NCBI GenBank assembly: GCA_023251595.1
Contig: JAHEYM010000001.1
Span: 8,675-45,158, forward strand
From: Bacteroidota bacterium
GTDB lineage: Bacteria; Bacteroidota; Bacteroidia; AKYH767-A; JABDAW01
Direction of reading: 5' to 3'
DNA length: 36,484 bases
The notes below the pieces were generated by a model. That model was not told where the DNA came from and searched no databases. It worked only from the letters and a program-made list of their open reading frames with translations. The position numbers were made by a program, and so were the translations under genes. Shown here piece after piece: positions 16,993 through 23,782 of the stretch. Numbering within the stretch: the stretch's first letter is position 1; each line of letters opens with the position of its first letter.

Positions 16993-17490
16993 TCAATGAC
17001 ACTTAAAATAATCGAACGGCTCTGTGCAATCTTTGCATTTATATAATGCTTTGCAAGGAGTAGAACCAAATTGACTAATTAAAATTGTATTAATCGATTT
17101 GCAATGCGGACAGGTTATATTTTTTGTTTTTCCTAAAAGAAAATTTTTGTCACCGCTTTTTTCTTCAGGAGGTGCAATTCCGTATTCACGAAGTTTATTT
17201 CTTCCTTCGGCTGAAATCCAATCTGTCGTCCATGCCGGTGAAATAATATTTTTAATACGGAAATTATTTATTCCTTTCTCTCGTAATTTTGCAGCGATGT
17301 CATCTTCAATCACCTTCATCGCGGGACAACCCGAGTATGTGGGCGTGATATCAACTTCAACAAAATTATTATGCTCCCTTATATCGCGGATAATTCCCAG
17401 ATCAACAATATTCAAAACCGGAATCTCCGGATCGGGAACTTCGCGTAGAAATTCAAGAATTTTATTTTTGATATTTGTTTCTGAAATCAT
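16993..17490 (-). CDS. paaD: 1,2-phenylacetyl-CoA epoxidase subunit D
   Basis: 165 aa. VPDPEIPVLNIVDLGIIRD...ITPTYSGCPA plus a C-terminal CPHC...CKDC zinc-ribbon. Last gene of paaABCD. Confidence 0.85.
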   Translation of the reverse strand: MISETNIKNKILEFLREVPDPEIPVLNIVDLGIIRDIREHNNFVEVDITPTYSGCPAMKVIEDDIAAKLREKGINNFRIKNIISPAWTTDWISAEGRNKLREYGIAPPEEKSGDKNFLLGKTKNITCPHCKSINTILISQFGSTPCKALYKCKDCTEPFDYFKCH

Positions 17491-17588
17491 CCTTCGTTTT
17501 TCTAAGTTTAAAGTTTCTCAATAAGTCTTTTAGTTTTGCTCCAAAGACACGAAGGCGCCAGGGTTTTTTCGGCGGGTTATACACCCTT

Positions 17589-17628
17589 TAAACTTATCAA
17601 CTTATCAACTCTTCAACTCATCAACTTC
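17589..17628. repeat. Five-unit octamer array AACTTATC AACTTATC AACTCTTC AACTCATC AACTTCTT
   Basis: Read directly. Begins immediately after the paaC stop, in the paaC-paaD gap. Confidence 0.8.
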
Positions 17629-17630
17629 TT

Positions 17631-18389
17631 TCACCATTTCGCATCCGGGTAGGCACGGGGAAGCGATTGCATTTCTGCCAACATAAATCCAAGATGTTCT
17701 GTGTGAATTCCTTTTCGTGATCCGCGAATCATCCATTCACCCTGTGGAATAATTAACGTTGCTTCATCGAAAGTTTTTTTTACTATTTCAAACCAAACCG
17801 GTTTCAACAAAGAAAGATCTGTAGCTATTCCTAATTTAGTGAGTTCAGCATCTACTTCATCCCCATCAAAAAGATCGTCAGTAAAACGCCAAAGTTGATT
17901 TAATACATTCTGTGCACGCTCATGACTTTCTGCTGTTCCATCTCCCAAACGTAAAATCCATTTGCTGCTGTGACGAACATGATATATAACTTCTTTCATA
18001 GATTTTTCGGCAAACGCAGCTATTGTTTTGTCTTTCGAATATTGTAGTTTTTCATACAAAAGCAATTGATACGAACTAAAAAGAAACTGACGTATCATCG
18101 TCATCGCGAAATCACCATTCGGTTGTTCAACCAATAATAAATTCCGGTAACCACGTTCATCACGATAATACGCGAGACTGTCTTCCGTGCGATCATTTTC
18201 TTCCACTTCACCCGCATAAGTGAGAATGGTACGCGCCTGTCCCACCAGATCGAGTGCGAGATTTGTCATCGCGATATCTTCTTCCAGAATCGGACCATGT
18301 CCACACCACTCCGATAACCGGTGACCAATCACCAAGCTCGAATCACCAAGTCGTAATGAATAATTAAATATTAAATCTTTTATCTCCAT
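17631..18389 (-). CDS. paaC: 1,2-phenylacetyl-CoA epoxidase subunit C
   Basis: 252 aa. LGDSSLVIGHRLSEWCGHGPILEEDIAMTNLALDLVGQAR is the PaaC/PaaI signature. Confidence 0.85.
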   Translation of the reverse strand: MEIKDLIFNYSLRLGDSSLVIGHRLSEWCGHGPILEEDIAMTNLALDLVGQARTILTYAGEVEENDRTEDSLAYYRDERGYRNLLLVEQPNGDFAMTMIRQFLFSSYQLLLYEKLQYSKDKTIAAFAEKSMKEVIYHVRHSSKWILRLGDGTAESHERAQNVLNQLWRFTDDLFDGDEVDAELTKLGIATDLSLLKPVWFEIVKKTFDEATLIIPQGEWMIRGSRKGIHTEHLGFMLAEMQSLPRAYPDAKW

Positions 18390-18396
18390 GTTAAGC

Positions 18397-18461
18397 CAAT
18401 CAACTTATAAACTTTTAAACTCATCAACCCTCACCCTCGATCCCTCTCCCACGGGAGAGGG
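18397..18461. repeat. 8-nt periodic AACTNNTN tract (18397-18438) followed by the GC-rich hairpin CCCTCTCCC-AC-GGGAGAGGG (18442-18461)
   Basis: Read directly. Fills the paaB-paaC gap. Confidence 0.7.
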
Positions 18462-18468
18462 AAGATGG

Positions 18469-18753
18469 TTACAGTTTCACTCCATCCGGTGTTTTATAAA
18501 AATTCGGATGACGGTATGCTTTATCATTTCCGGGATCAAAGAAAGCACCCTGATCTTCGGGTGTTGAGGCTGTAATATATTCTGTAGGCACTACCCATAA
18601 ATTCACGGCCTCACCTCTGCGTGCATATACATCGCGCGCATTCTGCAGAGCGATCTCTGCATCGGGTGCACGTACGGAACCTGCGTGTACATGCGGATCA
18701 CCGGGGCTTTCCTGTGTGAACACCTCCCATAAATTCCATTGTGTCGTCTCCAT
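18469..18753 (-). CDS. paaB: 1,2-phenylacetyl-CoA epoxidase subunit B
   Basis: 94 aa. WNLWEVF...HVHAGSVRAPDAEIALQNARDVYARRGE is the PaaB signature. Confidence 0.9.
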   Translation of the reverse strand: METTQWNLWEVFTQESPGDPHVHAGSVRAPDAEIALQNARDVYARRGEAVNLWVVPTEYITASTPEDQGAFFDPGNDKAYRHPNFYKTPDGVKL

Positions 18754-18787
18754 TAGTCGTAAGTCGTAAGTAATAAGTCGTAAGTGG
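18754..18787. repeat. Heptamer tandem array TCGTAAG TCGTAAG TAATAAG TCGTAAG
   Basis: Read directly. Begins right at the paaB start codon boundary, in the paaA-paaB gap. Confidence 0.8.
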
Positions 18788-18851
18788 GAGGCTTAATTAG
18801 TAACTATATATATATAATTTCATCTCGTAATTCACTTTTCTCCTTTAATTG

Positions 18852-19790
18852 TTAACTGTTCATTGTTAATTTTTTCTTCGCGTAAGCTTCCGCCGCTTCT
18901 CTCACCCACAACCCTTTTTCATCGGCATCTTTTCGGGCGTGAACTCTTTCATAATTGCAAGGACCATTTCCTTTTATCACTTGATTAAATTCTTCCCAAT
19001 TAATTTCACCAAATTCATAATGACGGGTGGTCTCATTATATTTTAAATCGGGATCTGGCATAGTGAGTCCAATATGTTCTGCCTGCGGAATAGTCCGGTC
19101 AATAAATCGTTGACGAAGTTCATCGTTCGTATATCTTTTCACTTTCCAACGCATGAGTTCTTCGCTGTTTGGTGAGGCACCATCCGACGGACCAAACATC
19201 ATCAAACAAGGCCACCACCAACGATTAATGGAATCCTGAGCCATTTTTTGCTGTTCCGGCGGGCCTTTCATCAATGAAGCCAAAATTTCGTAACCCTGTT
19301 TATTGTGAAAACTTTCCTCTTTACAAATGCGGATCATTGCTCGGGCGTAGGGACCGTATGAACATTTTGCAAGCGCAGTCTGATTAACGATAGCGGCACC
19401 ATCTACAAGCCAACCAATAGCACCGATATCTGCCCAGGTGAGTGTGGGATAGTTGAAAATGCTCGAGTATTTCGCTTTTCCTGTATGCAAATCATCCACC
19501 AATTTCGCACGATCTGCACCAAGCGTTTCGGTGGCACTATAAATATATAGACCGTGTCCTGCTTCGTCCTGCACCTTCGCGAGGAGTCCGACTTTACGAC
19601 GCAGACTTGGAGCCCGCGTAACCCAATTTCCTTCGGGCAACATGCCGACCACCTCCGAGTGAGCGTGTTGCGACATCATCCGGATGAGCTGTTTCCTGTA
19701 ACGTTCGGGCATCCAATCTTTGGGCTCAATAACGATTCCTGAAGCGATTTTTTCTTCAAATTTTTTTTCGAGGGCTGGGATATCTTCCAT
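18852..19790 (-). CDS. paaA: 1,2-phenylacetyl-CoA epoxidase catalytic subunit A
   Basis: 312 aa. Di-iron ligand segments [15 protein letters not shown] and KEESFHN, in a size and order typical of PaaA. Confidence 0.92.
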   Translation of the reverse strand: MEDIPALEKKFEEKIASGIVIEPKDWMPERYRKQLIRMMSQHAHSEVVGMLPEGNWVTRAPSLRRKVGLLAKVQDEAGHGLYIYSATETLGADRAKLVDDLHTGKAKYSSIFNYPTLTWADIGAIGWLVDGAAIVNQTALAKCSYGPYARAMIRICKEESFHNKQGYEILASLMKGPPEQQKMAQDSINRWWWPCLMMFGPSDGASPNSEELMRWKVKRYTNDELRQRFIDRTIPQAEHIGLTMPDPDLKYNETTRHYEFGEINWEEFNQVIKGNGPCNYERVHARKDADEKGLWVREAAEAYAKKKLTMNS

Positions 19791-19865
19791 ACCGTAAAGT
19801 TAGCAGATTTTGTCGGAATGATCAAAACAGGACAGAATCTGGGGATTTCGGTCTTCATGCAAATT

Positions 19866-19885
19866 GGGCATTTCATGAAATGCCC
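19866..19885. repeat. Perfect 20-bp palindrome GGGCATTTCATGAAATGCCC
   Basis: Read directly. Differs from the 6497-6516 palindrome only at one symmetric pair (A/T swap). Confidence 0.85.
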
Positions 19886-19905
19886 CTACTATTTTATCTC
19901 ACAAA

Positions 19906-19937
19906 TTTGCTGATTCCTGAATAAATACCTAACTTTG
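19906..19937 (+). promoter_or_regulatory. Bacteroidota-type promoter (-33 TTTG 19906-19909, 20-nt spacer, -7 TAACTTTG 19930-19937)
   Basis: Exact match to TTTG-N20-TAnnTTTG, 25 nt upstream of the ATG at 19963. Confidence 0.5.
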
Positions 19938-19962
19938 AGTCTGTTATCTAAACCCCATCTTC

Positions 19963-20898
19963 ATGAAAAAAACCTTACTTCCCCTATGTCTATTCTTTGC
20001 TTTAAATATTTCGCTATACGCCCAGAACGCGATCCCCAACTTCGGATACGAGAACTGGACGGCTGCAGGATCACACGAAAACCCCGATAATTGGGGCAAT
20101 ACAAATGTTACAATTCCGCTTCTCGGAGACATTACTCCGGCAACCAAAACGACCGATCATCACGGCGTTAATTATGCGCTGAAATTACAGGCAATTCCGG
20201 TAACAATTCCGTTGGTCGGCGCGCTTACGATTCCGGGCGTTGTCGGTAGTGGGACGATCAGTTTCAATTTTACAAACCCAACATTGGTGGGATTTACAGG
20301 TGGAATTCCTATAAATTTCAAACCCCTTGAGTTAACCGGTTGGTACAAATACGACAACACTGCCGGTCCGGATACAGCCAGAATTTTTGTGTATTTCACA
20401 CATTGGAATACAACAACGATGCACACCGATACACTCGCGGGTGGTTTTCAACAGTGGACAGGAGGTCAAAGTGCGTGGACTGCTTTTACTATATTTGTCC
20501 TACCGCCATTATTACTCACTGCGACTCCCGACACTACTTTTATTGAGGTCTTCTCGGGTGGATTGACAAATCCGACCCCAGGTGCCTTATATTTAGATGA
20601 TCTTGCATTCAATCCGATCAATTCAGGAATCGAGGATCCGGGTTTACTCGCACATCGATTTAATATGTTCCCTGTTCCTGCTTCAACAATTACCCACATC
20701 TCTTCCGATTTCAACGAATCAGAAAATGCAACGCTGAACATTTATGATGTTACCGGTCGATTTATTGAAGCAGTTGATCTCAATAGAAATGATCTGGATT
20801 TAAGTGTTACAGATTATCATTCAGGCACTTATCTTTTCCGAGTCACCGACCGGAGCAATTCTGTGATTGGTAATGGAAGATTTGCTGTTATTCATTAA
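19963..20898 (+). CDS. T9SS-sorted secreted protein with an N-terminal PCMD-like beta-sandwich domain (tentative)
   Basis: Signal peptide. NFGYENW...ELTGWYKY...LDDLAF blocks are shared with the next gene. The C-terminal ~80 aa is a Por sorting domain (MFPVPAS...GTYLFRV...GRFAV). Confidence 0.65.
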   Translation: MKKTLLPLCLFFALNISLYAQNAIPNFGYENWTAAGSHENPDNWGNTNVTIPLLGDITPATKTTDHHGVNYALKLQAIPVTIPLVGALTIPGVVGSGTISFNFTNPTLVGFTGGIPINFKPLELTGWYKYDNTAGPDTARIFVYFTHWNTTTMHTDTLAGGFQQWTGGQSAWTAFTIFVLPPLLLTATPDTTFIEVFSGGLTNPTPGALYLDDLAFNPINSGIEDPGLLAHRFNMFPVPASTITHISSDFNESENATLNIYDVTGRFIEAVDLNRNDLDLSVTDYHSGTYLFRVTDRSNSVIGNGRFAVIH

Positions 20899-20931
20899 TT
20901 CAACTAACCCTTAAATATATACATATAAATT

Positions 20932-21831
20932 ATGAAAAAAACGCTACTATTCACCTTCGTAGCACTTGCTTTGGCAAGTGTCAGTTATGCTCAGATTCCT
21001 AATTCCGATTTCGAACAATGGGATTCTTCTGCAACGTATCATTATAATGAACCTCATTTTTGGGGAACATTAAATTCAAACCCACTCGCTCAACTTCTGA
21101 ACGTTGTTTTTGTGTCGAAAAGCACCGATGCCCACAGCGGTCAATACGCGATGCAGATTCAAAGCAAATTAGTTTCGACTACGGTAGCACCGGGTGCAGC
21201 GGCATCAGGAAAAATTCACATTAATCTTTCCCCAATTTCTTTCTGGGCTGATAGCGGGTTTACAACTTCTGTATTACCTGCAAGCATAACGGGTTGGTAT
21301 AAATATACACCTATCGGAGTAGACAGTGCATTCATTCATGTATTTTACACGCACTGGAATGGTTCCGCCCGTGACACGGTTGGTCGTGGATCGGATACAA
21401 TTCTGACTGCAGCAAGCACATATACAATGTTTACTGTTCCGATCATGCCGGGTGTCGCTGCCGGTCCGGATTCTGCTTTGGTTGAATTTATCTCAAGCTC
21501 TGTCGATTCTGCACGTAACGGATCTACCCTGTTAATTGATGATCTCGCAATCGTGATGGGAACGAACGATCTTTCTTTCGATGAAAATAATATTTCTGTT
21601 TACCCGAATCCATCCCATGGTCGTATATATATAGAAAACAAAAAACCGAATAATACGGAATCCAGAATCGAAATATATAATGTCCTGGGATCAAAAATAA
21701 AATCGTTTGAATTAACACCTGTCAGCACCGAAATAAAAACGGGAAGTATTCCTGCAGGTATATACTTATATCAGATCGTTGAAGGAGAGAATCACATACT
21801 GAAAACGGGGAGACTTAATATTCAAAAATAA
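20932..21831 (+). CDS. T9SS-sorted secreted protein, paralog of 19963-20898
   Basis: NSDFEQW...ITGWYKY...IDDLAI, plus the C-terminal sorting domain VYPNPSHGRIYIE...GIYLYQI. Confidence 0.65.
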   Translation: MKKTLLFTFVALALASVSYAQIPNSDFEQWDSSATYHYNEPHFWGTLNSNPLAQLLNVVFVSKSTDAHSGQYAMQIQSKLVSTTVAPGAAASGKIHINLSPISFWADSGFTTSVLPASITGWYKYTPIGVDSAFIHVFYTHWNGSARDTVGRGSDTILTAASTYTMFTVPIMPGVAAGPDSALVEFISSSVDSARNGSTLLIDDLAIVMGTNDLSFDENNISVYPNPSHGRIYIENKKPNNTESRIEIYNVLGSKIKSFELTPVSTEIKTGSIPAGIYLYQIVEGENHILKTGRLNIQK

Positions 21832-21853
21832 TCATTCACTAAAACTTTTATTC

Positions 21854-22930
21854 ATGAAAAAAATTAATTTTATTCTTAGTTTGATTATAAGCGTTGGAAT
21901 CATCAACATTCTGAAGGCTCAGATCACGATTACCCGAACAGATTTCGGAAACGTCGGCTATGTTCAGGCACAGGCTCAAGATACACTGCCTGCAGGTATT
22001 GCACCCGGTTCCGCAGGTACAAATCAAACATGGAATCTGGCTGCCATGCATGAGCATTATGATGACACAATTCATTTTGTTTCGCCCGCTTCTACACCAT
22101 TCGCAGCCAATTTCCCTGCGTCTAATATCGCGATCGCAATGACTTACTCCCCCGGTTTTTTCACCTATCTCAATGCGACAACAAACTCAATAAAAGCACT
22201 TGGAATTGGTATTCCCGCTGGAGCAATTACAAATAATTCACTCACCGCGAATTATAACCCTGTGTTGAAAGTTGACAGTTTCCCATGCAATTATCTTCTT
22301 GCATTTAATGGAAACACACAATACACTTTGCAGTGGGATACCGCAATAACTGTCCCCTTTACTTTCGACTCGATCAGGGTTCGGGTACATATTGCGGATA
22401 GTACAGCTTTCGATGGCTGGGGAAATGTTACAACCCCAATGGGTACCTTTGCCTCACTTAGGGCAAATAACAGACAACACGAAATTGACAGTATATTTGT
22501 TCATTCCCCACCGAGTACTTGGGTTTCCGCCGGAGCGCCCACATTAAAATTCACACAGAAATATGCGTGGTACACAAATTCTATGGGATATGCTCTTTGT
22601 GAATTGACAATGGATACAACGTCTTCCACTGTTAAAAGTGCTACATGGCTGAAGGTTTCACCGCTCTCTGTTGCAAATTCTATTATACGTGAGGACAGGA
22701 ATATTTATCCGAATCCTGCTCAGAATGAAATTTCATATATGAATAATGATGAACAGGTTTCGAAACTAAATATATATGATGCTTCGGGAAGAGAAATTTA
22801 TTCTTGTGAAGTGTTATCGGGTTTGAATAAATTGAATACTTCCACCTTCAAAAACGGACTATATATATACCGTATGTTAAAATCTGATGGAAATGTAGCC
22901 CAATCCGGAAGATTTATGGTGAATCGATAA
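21854..22930 (+). CDS. T9SS-sorted secreted protein of unknown function
   Basis: Signal peptide and a C-terminal IYPNPAQNEISY...GLYIYRM...GRFMV sorting domain. Confidence 0.6.
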   Translation: MKKINFILSLIISVGIINILKAQITITRTDFGNVGYVQAQAQDTLPAGIAPGSAGTNQTWNLAAMHEHYDDTIHFVSPASTPFAANFPASNIAIAMTYSPGFFTYLNATTNSIKALGIGIPAGAITNNSLTANYNPVLKVDSFPCNYLLAFNGNTQYTLQWDTAITVPFTFDSIRVRVHIADSTAFDGWGNVTTPMGTFASLRANNRQHEIDSIFVHSPPSTWVSAGAPTLKFTQKYAWYTNSMGYALCELTMDTTSSTVKSATWLKVSPLSVANSIIREDRNIYPNPAQNEISYMNNDEQVSKLNIYDASGREIYSCEVLSGLNKLNTSTFKNGLYIYRMLKSDGNVAQSGRFMVNR

Positions 22931-22947
22931 TCGAAAAACACAAATTT

Positions 22948-22986
22948 AAAATCCCGTCTTGTATAAAACGAGACGGGATTTTTTTT
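22948..22986. terminator. Bidirectional intrinsic terminator: 12-bp perfect stem AAAATCCCGTCT / AGACGGGATTTT, 11-nt loop, T-run
   Basis: Read directly. Lies between convergent genes. A-run before and T-run after the stem. Confidence 0.8.
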
Positions 22987-22996
22987 GCCAGATTAT

Positions 22997-23030
22997 TTCT
23001 TAGCGCCTTCGTGTCTTCGCAGCCAAATTA
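22997..23030. repeat. Second copy of the dispersed element TTCTTAGCGCCTTCGTGTCTTCGCAGCCAAATTA
   Basis: About 85% identical to 5467-5499. Here the -33 and -7 positions are degenerate (TTCG, TAAATTCC) and no downstream plus-strand gene follows. Confidence 0.7.
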
Positions 23031-23042
23031 TAAATTCCGGAG

Positions 23043-23627
23043 TTAATAAACATACTTCGGTGACCATTTCCCTGCACCACCCGGTAGCAAATCAAATAAA
23101 TCCCATGCATTGCAAAAATTATCACCAGGTCCGAAACCTGCTTTTGTGTGAAGAAATATTTTGCCTTCATCATCTATTGTGAAAACACAAACGCCCGGAA
23201 AAAAATCTCCTTTTTCACCTTCGAAATTTAAATCCTTTTTAAAGGTGTTGTTTTTGGATGAAACCATTTTAAATTTCCATCCTCGTGAATCAGCAAATGC
23301 TTTTTGTGTTTTCACCTCATCGGATGAAACCAAAACAAATGCTGCCCGATTTTCCAGATGATCCGTTAGACCATTAAACCCATCTGCCCATAAAGTACAA
23401 TAAGGACAAGCTTTCCCCATGTTCTGTATCAGAATCATTTCTTTCTTCTTGCCGAAGAGTTTGGAGAATTTTATTTTCTTTCCATTACGGTCTTCAAATA
23501 TATAATCGGGCATTTCTTCTTGTGGAATAGTTTTTCTTAGCGCGGAAAGTTGTTCTTTCTTTTTCGTTAATTCTTCCTCCAGTTTCCTGATTTTTTTGTC
23601 TGGCGGGGTATTGACTTTTGTGTACAT
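23043..23627 (-). CDS. DUF899 thioredoxin-like family protein
   Basis: 194 aa. N-terminal coiled segment, then MPDYIFED...LFGKKKEMILIQNMGKACPYCTLWADGFNG...SRGWKF, typical of DUF899. Confidence 0.75.
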   Translation of the reverse strand: MYTKVNTPPDKKIRKLEEELTKKKEQLSALRKTIPQEEMPDYIFEDRNGKKIKFSKLFGKKKEMILIQNMGKACPYCTLWADGFNGLTDHLENRAAFVLVSSDEVKTQKAFADSRGWKFKMVSSKNNTFKKDLNFEGEKGDFFPGVCVFTIDDEGKIFLHTKAGFGPGDNFCNAWDLFDLLPGGAGKWSPKYVY

Positions 23628-23782
23628 GAGATGATTGTTTTATTAAACAAAATTAAGAATTGTGTTCGAAATATATATAAAATAGTTCCGTTTTCTTTGC
23701 CGCATCCATAATTCTCTTTTTGTAACAAATGTAAAATTTCCTACGTATGTACTAGCGTCAGTGGGGTTTAAAGAGCAAGCGT

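Noticed and set aside
16993-19790. Expectation of a complete phenylacetate catabolic cluster (paaE, paaG, paaZ, paaK).
   Set aside because: Only paaABCD is present in this window. The neighbouring genes are unrelated, so no claim is made about a complete pathway.
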